A stretch of 64,000 bases of DNA from Minisyncoccota bacterium (GCA_028687715.1 JAQTZP010000003.1:7521-71520); one strand, 5' to 3'. Positions 1 to 10,635 are shown, numbered from the stretch's first letter. Numbers and translations: made by a program. The notes: generated from the letters alone by a model not told the origin.

Positions 1-99
1 AGGAGAGGCCTTAACATCCTTTTTTACTCCTGCCTCAACTATTTCTCTTTCCTTTAACAATTCTTCTTCACTTTTTTGGATAATGCGTTTTTTTCCCAT
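1..99 (-). CDS. rpsK: 30S ribosomal protein S11, N-terminal fragment (gene runs off the left edge)
   Basis: Reverse-strand ATG at 99 opens MGKKRIIQKSEEELLKEREIVEAGVKKDVKASP. It lies directly downstream of rpsM in the conserved infA-rpmJ-rpsM-rpsK order. Confidence 0.6.
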   Translation of the reverse strand, partial: MGKKRIIQKSEEELLKEREIVEAGVKKDVKASP

Positions 100-106
100 A
101 TATTTA

Positions 107-496
107 TTATGTTGGACCTGGAGCAGGTTTTCTGCCCGAACCTACAGTTTTTCTGACATTGCCCCTTACGGTTCTGGTATTAGTTTTAGTTCTCTGGCCT
201 CTTGCCGGCAGATTTTTAATATGGCGAATCCCCCGCCAGCACCTGATTTCTTTTAATCTTTTAATATCAGTCATTATCTGCCTTTTTAACTCTCCTTCTG
301 TCTTGCACTTCTTCTCAATCTCATTTCTTAATCTGCTGATTTCCTCCATTGTCAAAGCAGAAGCCTTTTTAAAAGGGTCTATCTTCAATTCTTTCAGGAT
401 TTTTCTACTTAAAGAAGGGCCTATACCGAAGATATAGGTTAGGGCAACTTCTATTTGTTTTTTTTCAGGGATGTTAGCCCCTGCAATTCTAAGCAT
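107..496 (-). CDS. rpsM: 30S ribosomal protein S13
   Basis: 129-aa ORF. MLRIAGANIPEKKQIEVALTYIFGIG and the basic C-terminal tail are typical of S13. Confidence 0.95.
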   Translation of the reverse strand: MLRIAGANIPEKKQIEVALTYIFGIGPSLSRKILKELKIDPFKKASALTMEEISRLRNEIEKKCKTEGELKRQIMTDIKRLKEIRCWRGIRHIKNLPARGQRTKTNTRTVRGNVRKTVGSGRKPAPGPT

Positions 497-501
497 ATAA
501 A

Positions 502-615
502 TTATCCCTGCCTTTGTTTGTGTTTAGGGTTTTTGCAGATGACATAAAGCCGACCCTTTCTTTTTACAGTTTTGCAATGGCGGCAGATTTTTTTAACTGA
601 AGCTCTTACTTTCAT
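502..615 (-). CDS. rpmJ: 50S ribosomal protein L36
   Basis: Not in the ORF track because it is under 60 aa. Hand translation from ATG 615 to TAA 502 gives [37 protein letters not shown] (37 aa) with the L36 CxxC...CxxxxH zinc ribbon. Confidence 0.9.
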   Translation of the reverse strand: MKVRASVKKICRHCKTVKRKGRLYVICKNPKHKQRQG

Positions 616-662
616 AAATTAAAAAATCGTCTTAACTAAATAAGTTGGATTGTAAAGGATGG

Positions 663-890
663 CTATTTTTCTCTGTAAACTATTCTTCCTCTCTTTTCAT
701 CATAAGAACCCATTTCAACCGTTACCCTGTCTCCAGGCAGAATCTTAATCTTATTAATCCTTAATCTTCCTGCTAGATGGGCGATTATCTCTCTGCCGTC
801 ATCATCTAGACGGACCTTAAACTGAATACTGGGAAGCGCTTCCAAAACCATTCCGCTTTTCCTGACAACCTTTTTATTAAAATCTTCCAT
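663..890 (-). CDS. infA: translation initiation factor IF-1
   Basis: 75 aa. GMVLEALPSIQFKVRLDDGREIIAHLAGRLR...GDRVTVEMSYD-like S1/OB fold signature of IF-1. Confidence 0.95.
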   Translation of the reverse strand: MEDFNKKVVRKSGMVLEALPSIQFKVRLDDDGREIIAHLAGRLRINKIKILPGDRVTVEMGSYDEKRGRIVYREK

Positions 891-940
891 TAAATTGAAT
901 AATTATATAATTTAACAAAGTTTGATAAATAAGTCAATAA

Positions 941-2221
941 TTAATCAAAAACCAGCTCTATTTTTATCTTATCCAAATCATTGGGAAATCTCTTTCTTAA
1001 AAAGAACAATCCCGGTTCAACCTCAACATTTTTAATCTGATAAGAATCCCCGTAAAGAGACATTTTAACCTCGTCAAACAGCTTTTCCGAGACTGCCCGT
1101 TTAATGCTGTCTAAGTCAATATCTTGATAAACTATTGCCTTGATTTCCACGTCTAAATACAGAATGTTTCTTTCATTGTCAAAAGAATCAAAAGAATATT
1201 TAATCTCTAATTTATCCTCTAAGAATCTTTTATTATCGGATATATTCTCTGTTAAATAATTCTTAACAAAATTCTCAATATCTGACTGCTTGAATATCAA
1301 TGACCTTGATTTAACCATAATTTCAGCTGTAAAGTCTTGAGCTTCTTCATTTAATTGTTTTGAGAATTTCTTATCCGTTATCTCCTGAAAAATAGTCTCA
1401 TCTATTAAGATAAAACCCTCGGGCAATGATTTCTTTAAAAAGCTAAGGCTTTCTTTTTTAGCTTTGTCTGCTGATGCATTCTCCGCCCTCTTTAAATCAT
1501 CTTCTGTAACCTTAGACGCCTCTCCCTTAAACCCGCCTGACATTTTAGAAAAAGATTTGCCGTAGAAAGCAGTGTATCTTGGGGTCCCGGCAAAACCAGG
1601 AATGGCGAAGGTTGAAGGCCCTATGTTATAGTTTTCTCCGGGTTCAGCCGCCTGGACTTCTATATCAACTTCACCGGGGATTAACTTTCCATTTTCATAC
1701 CTTCCTCCTGGGATTACCTCTTGTTTTAAAGACTTAAAAATCCTTCCTTCTGTAGAGATAAACCTTGTCTGGGCCAAAAGCGGCTGATTAGCGGTAGAAT
1801 ACGAGTTGTAAACCCTTATTACTCCCTTTGCCTTCTCTTCTTTTATAACCCTGCCGGTTGAGGAGAAAGTTTCTGAAACAGATTTCTGATCGCTGAAAAT
1901 CTGTCCGGAAACAGCCCCGTCATTGGATAAAGAACTATCTAATTTGTTCTGGCTGGCATTAACAGCAATTTTTTTAACTAAAGTAAGAGTTTCTGTCTCT
2001 GGATATAATTTAAGCGTAGTTTTTGATATAAAGGATAGTCCCAAAAACCCTAAAACTGCTAAAAAGATGAAAAAAATGAATATTCTTAAAGCAAATATCT
2101 TTTTAAAAATGTCTTTATTAAAAGATTTCCGTAATTCTTTTTTAAAAACTAAAGGCGGTTCATTAATTACTTCTTTTTTAATCCCTTTGGGCGGAATGAT
2201 ATCAAAGATTTTCTTAGGCAT
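941..2221 (-). CDS. hypothetical membrane-anchored protein (one N-terminal TM helix, large extracytoplasmic part)
   Basis: 426-aa ORF with hydrophobic segment IFALRIFIFFIFLAVLGFLGLSFI. Its start abuts the stop of the upstream actin-like ATPase gene (2221/2222). No family recognised. Confidence 0.5.
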   Translation of the reverse strand: MPKKIFDIIPPKGIKKEVINEPPLVFKKELRKSFNKDIFKKIFALRIFIFFIFLAVLGFLGLSFISKTTLKLYPETETLTLVKKIAVNASQNKLDSSLSNDGAVSGQIFSDQKSVSETFSSTGRVIKEEKAKGVIRVYNSYSTANQPLLAQTRFISTEGRIFKSLKQEVIPGGRYENGKLIPGEVDIEVQAAEPGENYNIGPSTFAIPGFAGTPRYTAFYGKSFSKMSGGFKGEASKVTEDDLKRAENASADKAKKESLSFLKKSLPEGFILIDETIFQEITDKKFSKQLNEEAQDFTAEIMVKSRSLIFKQSDIENFVKNYLTENISDNKRFLEDKLEIKYSFDSFDNERNILYLDVEIKAIVYQDIDLDSIKRAVSEKLFDEVKMSLYGDSYQIKNVEVEPGLFFLRKRFPNDLDKIKIELVFD

Positions 2222-3409
2222 TTATTTTAAAATTATATGAGAAATTAAAAGACAAGGAATATACTGCGGATTATTCAATCTTTTATTTTCATCTTCAACC
2301 GTTTTAAAATCTTTTAAAGAAAGCACTTCTGTCCTTCTGCAGTCAAAATCTCCAATCTCTTTAAGCGATTCTTCAATTTCAGGAATCTGAGAAGCTCCTC
2401 CGAAAATAAAGCAAGGAAAAGCCTCTCTGTTTTTTATCCTTTTTAAATGAATTTTTATGCTTTTGGCCCAGGCTGATTTATCAGGACTGAAAACTTCTTT
2501 GATTCTTTTGGCTGCCGATTCTGTCAAAAGCCTCTTAGAATAATTGATTATCATTGTTCTGATTGTCTCTCTGTCTAAGCCCCAAAGCTCAGAGAGGGTT
2601 TGATTAAACAGTCTGCCCCCTGATTTAAAGTCATCAACATGGATTATTCTGCCTTCTTTTAAAACAAATATCTGGGTAATATCAGCTCCGACATCTAAAA
2701 AAATACCGCAGTCTTTTCTATCTTTTGAGAAAATAGGCAGCGCCTCTGATAAATGAACTACTTCTTTTATTTCTAATTTTAAGGAATTAAAAATACCATC
2801 AAAGCTCTGCCAGTAGTTTTTCGGCAAAAAAACACCTATAATTTCAAATTCAACTATTTTGCCCTCATAACCAACTATTGAAGGGACCAAATACCCGTCA
2901 ATCTTACTCTCAATTATCTTTAAAGAAATCCAATTAATATCTTGGGATAGAATTCCGAAATTCTTTAAGAAATTATCAGATATTTTTTTCTTGGCTGACT
3001 CTAAAACATCAGATGATATGATATCCTTTTCTCTGGCAGATATTTTCTTATTCGGCAAAGACCTGAGATAGCTCTGGCTTACAACTTTTGCCTTTAAAAC
3101 ATTTGGAGGCAGTCCTAAGAAAACCTGCCACTTTTTCTTGATTTTAATTCTTTTTTCAGAAGACTCTAAAATAGAAACAGCATTATTTACTGCCAATGAA
3201 ATTGATTTTTTCAATGATTCATTTTCCAGCTCTGTGAAGCTGAACTTCATATATTCCTCCAAATAAGCCAAACCATCGGCTAAAACCTTTATTTTCTTAT
3301 CATTATTATTATAGGAGAAAATAAGGGCTTTTATTGATTCGGTTCCTATATCCAAAGCAAGAAAAAGCTTATCTTTTTTTATACTTCTTTTATTAAAAAA
3401 CCAGCTCAT
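2222..3409 (-). CDS. actin-like ATPase, FtsA/PilM-like paralogue
   Basis: 395 aa with phosphate-binding style motifs LALDIGTESIKAL and FLDVGADITQIFV. It is distinct from the ftsA at 20939 and the pilM at 50347. Confidence 0.55.
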   Translation of the reverse strand: MSWFFNKRSIKKDKLFLALDIGTESIKALIFSYNNNDKKIKVLADGLAYLEEYMKFSFTELENESLKKSISLAVNNAVSILESSEKRIKIKKKWQVFLGLPPNVLKAKVVSQSYLRSLPNKKISAREKDIISSDVLESAKKKISDNFLKNFGILSQDINWISLKIIESKIDGYLVPSIVGYEGKIVEFEIIGVFLPKNYWQSFDGIFNSLKLEIKEVVHLSEALPIFSKDRKDCGIFLDVGADITQIFVLKEGRIIHVDDFKSGGRLFNQTLSELWGLDRETIRTMIINYSKRLLTESAAKRIKEVFSPDKSAWAKSIKIHLKRIKNREAFPCFIFGGASQIPEIEESLKEIGDFDCRRTEVLSLKDFKTVEDENKRLNNPQYIPCLLISHIILK

Positions 3410-3446
3410 TAATTAATTTTAGCAGATTTTTACAATTCTTGAAAAA

Positions 3447-5240
3447 CTATTTTAAAACCGCTCTTATCCTTCTTACTCCTTTTGATGAAGATTCCTCCTT
3501 TATAATCTTAAAATCGCCAAGCTCAGAAGTCCTTTCAACATGAGGGCCGGCGCAGACTTCTTTTGAGAAACTTCCGATTGAATATACGCTTACATTCTGA
3601 GGATACTTCTCTTTAAAGAACGCCAATGCGCCCCAATCAAGCGCCTCTTTAAAGGGCATCTCTTTCTTATCAACCTTTAAACCTTCTTTAATCTTTTGAT
3701 TGACAATATCTTCAACTTTTTTTATCTGCTCCTCTGTCATCTTTTGAGGATAAGAAAAATCAAAACGAAGCCGCTCCGAAGTAATATCAGAACCCATCTG
3801 CCTGATATCCTTGCCTAAGATATCCCTTAGCGCCTGATGAAGAAGATGGGTTGCGGTGTGAAGCTTTACTGCCTCATAACTATCAGCCTCTTTTCCTATT
3901 CCTCCGAATTTTCTTTCAGCTCCTTTGCGGGAAATCTCCTGGTGCTTCTTTAATTCTTGCTTAAAAGACTCTTCATCAATCTTAAATCCCTCCTCTTCTG
4001 CCAATTCTTTTGTAAGTTCAAAAGGAAAACCGTAGCTCTGATAAAGGTTAAAGGCTAATTTTGAAGAAATTAATTTTGATTTGGAATTCTTTATCTGAGA
4101 TTTAAATTCTTTCAAGCCTCTCTCTAAGGTTTTCTCAAACTTCTCTTCTTCATTCTGAATCAATGTTAAAATATCTGTTTTTTTTCTCATCAGCTCAGGA
4201 TGCTCTTTATTATAATTCTCAATAACCTTTACGGCTAAAGGAATTAAAAAGTTATAAGGCATATTGATTATCCTTCCGAATCGGACAGCTCTCCTTATTA
4301 TCCTTCTCAATATATAGCCTGATTCAACATTAGAAGGAAAAACGCCGTCAGCTGTTAGAAAAACCGCTCCCCTTATATGATCGGCAATAATCCTGAAATT
4401 CTTTTTATTATCCTGGCATCTTCCTTTTGAAATACTCTCAAGCTCTTTGATTATCGGTATAAAAAGGTCGGTCTCATAAGCAGAATCTTTATTATTTAAA
4501 AGGGCTAAAAGCCGCTCAAAGCCAATCCCGGTATCAACATTGCGCTGAGGCAGTTTGATATAAGAGCCGTCATCTGTAAGCATATATTCCATAAAAACCA
4601 AATTCCACAATTCAACAAAACGCTTGCATTTGACGCAGTTTGGTCCGCATAAAGGGTCTTTGCATCCGTATTCCTCGCCCCTGTCGTAATGAATTTCAGA
4701 ACAAGGCCCGCAGGGACCAACTTTGGCGGTCGGACCCCAGAAATTATCCTTTGATCCGAATTCTTTTATTCTATCGGATGAAATGCCGTACTTCTGCCAT
4801 AGATTGAACGATTCCTGGTCTTTTGGAATTTTATCACCTCCTTTGAAAATAGTTATCCAAAATCTATCTTTATCCAAACCAATTTCATTGATAAAGAAAT
4901 CGAGAGCCAGCTTAATAGCTCCTTCTTTGAAATAGCCGTCTTTTGAATCTTCTCCGATTGACCAATTGCCGAGCATTTCAAAAAAAGTATGATGAGTGTC
5001 ATCTCCGACCTCATCAATGTCATCTGTTCTAAAGCATTTCTGGACAGAAGCCAAGTGACGACTGTTATAATCAGCTAAAACATCTTTTTCTCCTGAAAGA
5101 TAAGGAATAAACTGCTGCATCCCTGCTGAAGTCAAAAGAACGGTTTTATCGTCAGGAATTAAAGAGCTGGAAGGAACTATTTTATGTCCCTTCTTTTCAA
5201 AAAAGCGTATGAATTTTTCTCTAAGGTCCTTTGCCAGCAT
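3447..5240 (-). CDS. alaS: alanine--tRNA ligase (short form, no C-Ala domain)
   Basis: 597 aa. The N-terminal class II catalytic core (FFEKKGH, SAGMQQF) is followed by editing-domain motifs HTATHLLH and CAGPHV. The ORF ends right after the editing domain. Confidence 0.9.
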   Translation of the reverse strand: MLAKDLREKFIRFFEKKGHKIVPSSSLIPDDKTVLLTSAGMQQFIPYLSGEKDVLADYNSRHLASVQKCFRTDDIDEVGDDTHHTFFEMLGNWSIGEDSKDGYFKEGAIKLALDFFINEIGLDKDRFWITIFKGGDKIPKDQESFNLWQKYGISSDRIKEFGSKDNFWGPTAKVGPCGPCSEIHYDRGEEYGCKDPLCGPNCVKCKRFVELWNLVFMEYMLTDDGSYIKLPQRNVDTGIGFERLLALLNNKDSAYETDLFIPIIKELESISKGRCQDNKKNFRIIADHIRGAVFLTADGVFPSNVESGYILRRIIRRAVRFGRIINMPYNFLIPLAVKVIENYNKEHPELMRKKTDILTLIQNEEEKFEKTLERGLKEFKSQIKNSKSKLISSKLAFNLYQSYGFPFELTKELAEEEGFKIDEESFKQELKKHQEISRKGAERKFGGIGKEADSYEAVKLHTATHLLHQALRDILGKDIRQMGSDITSERLRFDFSYPQKMTEEQIKKVEDIVNQKIKEGLKVDKKEMPFKEALDWGALAFFKEKYPQNVSVYSIGSFSKEVCAGPHVERTSELGDFKIIKEESSSKGVRRIRAVLK

Positions 5241-5255
5241 AAGATAAATTATCTA

Positions 5256-5774
5256 TTAGCTGTATTTATCTGCTACAACTGAAGCAATATATGACTCTGG
5301 CTTGATTTTCGGCTCAAACCCGTTTCCCCTTATAAGGCCTGTAAGCTCTTTTATCATATCTTTGGTTCTGCCGTTCTCGCCGATGTCAGCGTGGATATAT
5401 TGAAACTGATAATTAAGAAATCCGTTTAGGGGCTCAATCTTTTTATTAAATATCTCTTTTAGAAATAAAGCCATTTCGCAGGATAAAAGCACTTCCTCCA
5501 AAATCCTGTTTTTCCAATTGGAAAACTTCTTGTTTACAGAAACAGGATAAGTAATCTTCTTTAAGAAGAACCTTCCGCCTTCTCCGACTCTTAAAATAGC
5601 CACTACTACCGGGAAATTCGGAGTCTCCTCTGATGAAGAATCGCAGCCGACAATAATATCATAGAATCTTTCCGGCTTTTCTCTCATATATGAAATCATT
5701 TCTTCTATGGTCTCTTCGGTTGACAAACTTCCTTTGGTAGGATTGTAGAAGTAAATCTCGCTTCCTATGCTCAT
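5256..5774 (-). CDS. RNase H-like YkuK/DUF458 family protein
   Basis: 172 aa. The layout F..P...EE.I..M...., IVGCDSS, then VVAILRVGEGG resembles the YkuK family. Confidence 0.55.
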   Translation of the reverse strand: MSIGSEIYFYNPTKGSLSTEETIEEMISYMREKPERFYDIIVGCDSSSEETPNFPVVVAILRVGEGGRFFLKKITYPVSVNKKFSNWKNRILEEVLLSCEMALFLKEIFNKKIEPLNGFLNYQFQYIHADIGENGRTKDMIKELTGLIRGNGFEPKIKPESYIASVVADKYS

Positions 5775-5817
5775 AAAGATATATTAACAGAATGGAAATT
5801 ACAAAACAATAAATTAT

Positions 5818-6630
5818 TTAAATTATAGCTCTTTCAGCTTTTTTCAGGCAGTCGCACGACCTCTGTTGGGGCATATTCTCTATAATAGACGATACATATC
5901 TTTTAAGCTTTTCTGTATTCTGTCTGAAATTCGCCAGAACCTGCTCTATTGAAACCGGCTCTATTTTCCGGCTTGAATAAATGCCGACATCGTAATCTGT
6001 AATCAAAGATATGTTTAAATAACAGATGCCAAGTTCAGAAGATAAAACTACCTCTGGATATTGGGTCATATTAACTAAATCCCAGCCCATTTTGGAAAAC
6101 CATAAACTTTCAGCCAAGGTTGAGAATTTAGGGCCCTCAATTACAACCACTGTTCCTTTGGGATGAGCCTTGATGCCAAGCTCTTTAGCTTTTTCCAAAG
6201 CAATTGTTCTTGCCTCAAAACAGTATGGATTTGCCATTTCAATATGAGCCACCTCCGGACCGTCAAAGAAGCTGTCCTGGCGAAACTTGGTCCTGTCAAC
6301 AAACTGGTCGCAGATAACAAAATCACCAGGCATTAGCTCTTGCTTTAAAGAGCCCACTGCGCTGGGAGCGATTATCCTAGAAACTCCAAGCTCCTTTAAA
6401 GCGTATATATTCGCTCTGTAGGGAATTTTATGCGGAGGAATTTGATGTTTTTTCCCATGCCTGGGCAAGAAGGCAACTTTCTTGCCGGCTATCTCCCCTA
6501 TTGTAATCTTATCGCTGGGTCTGCCGAACTTAGTCTCAATTTCCAACTCTTCGCCCCTGCCTTCAAAAAAATCATAGAAGCCGGTGCCGCCGATTAAACC
6601 TATTTGAGCCTTTATTTGAGAATCATCCAT
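5818..6630 (-). CDS. mtnP: S-methyl-5'-thioadenosine (purine nucleoside) phosphorylase
   Basis: 270 aa. IGLIGGTGFYDF, LPRHGKKH and NMTQYPE are motifs of the MTAP/PNP family. Confidence 0.85.
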   Translation of the reverse strand: MDDSQIKAQIGLIGGTGFYDFFEGRGEELEIETKFGRPSDKITIGEIAGKKVAFLPRHGKKHQIPPHKIPYRANIYALKELGVSRIIAPSAVGSLKQELMPGDFVICDQFVDRTKFRQDSFFDGPEVAHIEMANPYCFEARTIALEKAKELGIKAHPKGTVVVIEGPKFSTLAESLWFSKMGWDLVNMTQYPEVVLSSELGICYLNISLITDYDVGIYSSRKIEPVSIEQVLANFRQNTEKLKRYVSSIIENMPQQRSCDCLKKAERAII

Positions 6631-6631
6631 A

Positions 6632-7150
6632 TTAGTATTTTGCCAAGCTCCTTATATTATATCCTTTAAGCTTGCCTCTGCCGTTTAAAGATATCAACTC
6701 AATTAAAAAATCAATGCCAACTATTTCTCCTTTCAGCTGATTAATCAATTCAACTGTCGCCTCCATAGTTCCTCCGGTAGCTAAAACATCATCAATTATT
6801 AGAACTTTCTCTCCCTGATAAATTGAATCTTCGTGCATTTCTATCGTATTGCTTCCGTATTCTAAGGCATATTCTTTGGAAATGGTTCTAAAAGGAAGCT
6901 TTCCTTTTTTCCTCACAATAGCCAGTCCCGCTCCAATCCTATAGGCCAAGGGAGCTGCTAAGATGAATCCTCTGGCGTCAATTCCTACCACCTTATCAAT
7001 CTTTCTATCCAGATAAGGAAGAGCCAGTTCATCAATAATCTTTTTTAAAATATCTTTGTCCTCAATTAAAGGAGTAATATCTTTAAATCTTACTCCTTTT
7101 TTAGGCCAGTCGGGAATTTCTCTTATCTTTGATTTTATTAAATCCTCCAT
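6632..7150 (-). CDS. apt: adenine phosphoribosyltransferase
   Basis: 172 aa with PRPP-binding loop VLIIDDVLATGGT and an Apt-like N-terminus. Confidence 0.9.
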   Translation of the reverse strand: MEDLIKSKIREIPDWPKKGVRFKDITPLIEDKDILKKIIDELALPYLDRKIDKVVGIDARGFILAAPLAYRIGAGLAIVRKKGKLPFRTISKEYALEYGSNTIEMHEDSIYQGEKVLIIDDVLATGGTMEATVELINQLKGEIVGIDFLIELISLNGRGKLKGYNIRSLAKY

Positions 7151-7155
7151 ATTGG

Positions 7156-7866
7156 TTAAAGCCCTATAAACTCCCTTATTATATTGATAGGGACAGCTGA
7201 AATCTTTCCTAAAGAATCAACATTGGCAATTCCAACAAGCTCTCCCTTTATATTAAAAACAGGGCTTCCTTTGACATTTGTCTTATCTGTCATATTTGTC
7301 TGGATTATTTTATCATTGTAATTTTTAATAATCCCTTCGTTTACTGATTTATTCAGTCCTTTTTCAAAAAAAGATGATACCAGAAATATCCTTTTTCCAT
7401 ACCTTAAACTGCCGAAATCAGCAAAAGCCACTGTTTTAAGATTTTCTTCGTTTATCTTTATCAAAGCCAGGTTTTTATCCAAATCCCTTTTTAAAATCTG
7501 ATACTCAAGAACTTTTGAATCTACATAAAAAGCAAAAGCGCCTGAAGCAGGAACTAATTCTGCCAGAGTTAAAACCAAGCCGTCAGAGGTAACAATAATC
7601 CCTGAACCTGATATATTTTTGCCTGATACAGCTGTCCCTATCCCGATTACAGATTTTTCAACATCTTCAACAATATCCTCCAACAAAGTATTTTCTTCAA
7701 TAAATACTTCATATTTTTCAGTGACATAGACCGGAGACTGCTCTAAGCGGTACTTATAGAAAAGAGGCCTTTCAATAAAATAAGGCCAGAGAATCTGGTC
7801 AGCGAAAATCCCGCCGATTGTCCCTATTGTAAAGATGATAATAATTTTAAATATATTCTTTAGCAT
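7156..7866 (-). CDS. membrane-anchored trypsin-like (S1C-like) protein, probably lacking the catalytic His
   Basis: 236 aa with an N-terminal TM helix. GSGIIVTSDGLVLTLAELV has no His where the two HtrA paralogues have TNKHVV and TSCHVV. A Ser-box remnant VKGSPVFN is present. Confidence 0.5.
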   Translation of the reverse strand: MLKNIFKIIIIFTIGTIGGIFADQILWPYFIERPLFYKYRLEQSPVYVTEKYEVFIEENTLLEDIVEDVEKSVIGIGTAVSGKNISGSGIIVTSDGLVLTLAELVPASGAFAFYVDSKVLEYQILKRDLDKNLALIKINEENLKTVAFADFGSLRYGKRIFLVSSFFEKGLNKSVNEGIIKNYNDKIIQTNMTDKTNVKGSPVFNIKGELVGIANVDSLGKISAVPINIIREFIGL

Positions 7867-10557
7867 TTAAGCCAAGATTTTCTCTTTGCTATTTTTAACT
7901 AAATCTAAAGGAGACCTGATTATAATCTTTTTGTCCTCTGCGTCAATTAAAACCTCATCCTTTTCTTTTACCATTCCAGTTACGATTTTTAAAGCTAAAG
8001 GATTTAAAACTTCCCGCTGAATCACCCTCTTTAAGGGTCTGGCTCCCAAGTTCGGATCAAAACCTTTTTCAGCCAAAACTGCTTTTGCTTGTTCTGAAAC
8101 CCTTATTTTAATATTCTTGGCTATAAGGCGCTCAGCAACTTTAGCCAGTTCAAGCTCAACAATCTTTTTAATCTCGGGCTTGTCAAGATAGTTGAAAATA
8201 ATAATATCATCGACTCTGTTTAAAAATTCAGGCCTGAAGTTATCTCTTAAGGAATCCATTACTTTTTCTTTAAGCCTTTCCTTTTCAGAGCCTTCTTTTT
8301 CTCCTAAAAATCCCAAAGAACCCATCTTGGCTATATATTCAGAGCCAAGATTTGAAGTCATAATCAAAATGGAATTTTTAAAAGAGGCTGTTCTTCCTTT
8401 GGCGTCGGTTAATCTTCCGTCTTCTAAAATCTGAAGCAGGATATTGAAAACTTCAGGATGAGCTTTCTCAATTTCATCTAAAAGAATAACGCTGTAAGGC
8501 CTTCTCCTTATTTTCTCTGTCAACTGCCCTCCTTCTTCATATCCGACATATCCTGGAGGAGAACCAATCATTCTTGAAACAGTATGCTTTTCCATATATT
8601 CAGACATATCCAGCCTGATTAAAGCGTTTTCATCATTAAATAGAAACTCGGCCAATGCTTTGGCTGTTTCAGTCTTGCCCACTCCGGTAGGCCCTAAGAA
8701 CATAAAAGAGCCCAAGGGTCTGTTTTCCTCAGAGATTCCTGCCCTGGAGCGCCTGATAGCATTGGAAATAACAGATATTGCTTCTTTCTGGCCTATAACC
8801 CTTTTTGAAATTATTTCTTCTGTTTTCTCAAGCTTTTTGGCTTCTTCCTCCATTAATCTGGTTACTAGAATTCCAGTCCATTTTGAAACCACGTTGGCAA
8901 CATCTTCTTCGCCTATCTCTTCTTTTAGAATCTGATTATCCTGCTGAACTCTTATCAATTCCTTTTCAGATTCATTTACCTTTTTTAAAAGCTCTGGAAT
9001 CCTTCCGTATTTAATTTCAGCAACCTTGGACAAATTAGCCTCCCTTTGGGCAACTTCTGCCTCAAAAGAAAGCTCGTCTATCTCTTTTTTTAAGTTTCTT
9101 ATCTTTTGAATCAATTCTTTTTCAGATTTCCATTTAAGCTCAAAAGCTCTGGCTTTTTCTTTTAAATCAGCCAAAGCCCTATTAATAGCCAATACCCTTT
9201 TTTGAGACCCTTTTTCTTTTTTTATCGCTTCTTTTTCAACCTCAAGCCTTTGAATCTCTTTTTTAAACTCCTCCAGCTTATTCGGCTCTGACTCAATCTC
9301 AAGCCTTAAAGCAGACATTGCCTCATCCATCAAGTCAACCGCCTTATCGGGCAAAAACCTGTCTGTAATATACCTTGAAGCAAGTTCAGCTGAAGCAACA
9401 ATGGCAGAATCCTTGATTCTTAAACCATGATGAACCTCATACTTTTCCTTAATCCCTCTTAAAATAGAAATCGTATCTTCAACAGAAGGCTCTTTAACAT
9501 AAATAGGCTGGAATCTTCTTTCAAGGGCCGGATCCCTTTCAATATATCTCTGGTATTCTTTTAAAGTAGTAGCTCCTATTGCGCGAAGCTCTCCCCTGGC
9601 AAGGGCTGGCTTTAAAAGATTTGAAGCATCAATAGCTCCTTCAGCCGCTCCGGCTCCGACCAAAGTATGAAGCTCGTCTATAAAAAGGATGTATCTGCCT
9701 GCCGTTCTGTTTACTTCTTTAAGCATAGCCTTGACTCTGTCTTCAAATTCTCCCCTGTATTTTGTTCCGGCAACCAAGACTCCTAAGTCCAAAGAGATGA
9801 GTTCTTTATCTTTTAAGCTTTCCGGAACATCGCCTTTGTCAATTCTCTGAGCCAGTCCTTCAACAATAGCAGTTTTTCCAACTCCAGCCTCTCCTATTAA
9901 AACAGGGTTATTCTTTGTCCTGCGGGATAAAACCTGCATCAGCCTCCTTATTTCATCTTCTCTGCCTATTACAGGGTCAAGCTTTCCAGACCGAGCCATT
10001 GAAGTAAGATTTCTGGTATATTTCTCAATCACCTGGTATTTTGATTCAGGCTCCGGGTCTGTAATCTTATGACCGCCTCTTATCTGAAGCAAGGCCTTCA
10101 TTACTGTTTCGTAATCAAGCTTGGCAATTTCCAAGTTTTTCAGGTCTCCTGATTTGAAAAATACTGCTTTATCTAAAATCTCCTTGGCTTTTGTAGGAGA
10201 ATCAACCAAAGCTAAAAACAGATGCTCTACTGATATAAACTCATCTCCCATTTTAACTGTTTCCTGCTTTGCTCTCTCTAAAATCTTAGCCATATCCTGA
10301 GTTAGATAAAACTGGCCGAATACTTGAGGGGCGGCAAGAGTAGGAATCCTGTTTAAAGCAGCTTTTGTTCTTTTTACCAATCCTTCCAAATCAACCCCTA
10401 TTTTTCTAAGCAATGCCAAAACAACGCTTTCTTCCTGGGAAAGCAGAGATAGTAATAAATGCAGAGCATCAACCTGCTGCTGGCCTCTTTCCTGGGCCAA
10501 GGATTGAGCTTGCATCACTGCTTCTTGGGCTTTATGGGTAAAATTAGCTCCGTTCAT
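7867..10557 (-). CDS. clpB: ATP-dependent chaperone ClpB
   Basis: 896 aa. Clp N-domain, two AAA+ modules (Walker A GEAGVGKT and GPTGVGKT) and a long coiled-coil middle domain. Confidence 0.95.
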   Translation of the reverse strand: MNGANFTHKAQEAVMQAQSLAQERGQQQVDALHLLLSLLSQEESVVLALLRKIGVDLEGLVKRTKAALNRIPTLAAPQVFGQFYLTQDMAKILERAKQETVKMGDEFISVEHLFLALVDSPTKAKEILDKAVFFKSGDLKNLEIAKLDYETVMKALLQIRGGHKITDPEPESKYQVIEKYTRNLTSMARSGKLDPVIGREDEIRRLMQVLSRRTKNNPVLIGEAGVGKTAIVEGLAQRIDKGDVPESLKDKELISLDLGVLVAGTKYRGEFEDRVKAMLKEVNRTAGRYILFIDELHTLVGAGAAEGAIDASNLLKPALARGELRAIGATTLKEYQRYIERDPALERRFQPIYVKEPSVEDTISILRGIKEKYEVHHGLRIKDSAIVASAELASRYITDRFLPDKAVDLMDEAMSALRLEIESEPNKLEEFKKEIQRLEVEKEAIKKEKGSQKRVLAINRALADLKEKARAFELKWKSEKELIQKIRNLKKEIDELSFEAEVAQREANLSKVAEIKYGRIPELLKKVNESEKELIRVQQDNQILKEEIGEEDVANVVSKWTGILVTRLMEEEAKKLEKTEEIISKRVIGQKEAISVISNAIRRSRAGISEENRPLGSFMFLGPTGVGKTETAKALAEFLFNDENALIRLDMSEYMEKHTVSRMIGSPPGYVGYEEGGQLTEKIRRRPYSVILLDEIEKAHPEVFNILLQILEDGRLTDAKGRTASFKNSILIMTSNLGSEYIAKMGSLGFLGEKEGSEKERLKEKVMDSLRDNFRPEFLNRVDDIIIFNYLDKPEIKKIVELELAKVAERLIAKNIKIRVSEQAKAVLAEKGFDPNLGARPLKRVIQREVLNPLALKIVTGMVKEKDEVLIDAEDKKIIIRSPLDLVKNSKEKILA

Positions 10558-10605
10558 ACTAATAATTATCTTTTATCATATTTTTTAAAAAAAATCAAAC
10601 TAAAA

Positions 10606-10625
10606 AGACCTGATTTTTCAGGTCT
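10606..10625 (-). terminator. rho-independent terminator after the 86-aa ORF
   Basis: AGACCTGA/TCAGGTCT 8-bp stem with a 4-nt loop, followed by a T-run on the minus strand. Confidence 0.6.
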
Positions 10626-10635
10626 AAAAAAAGAA

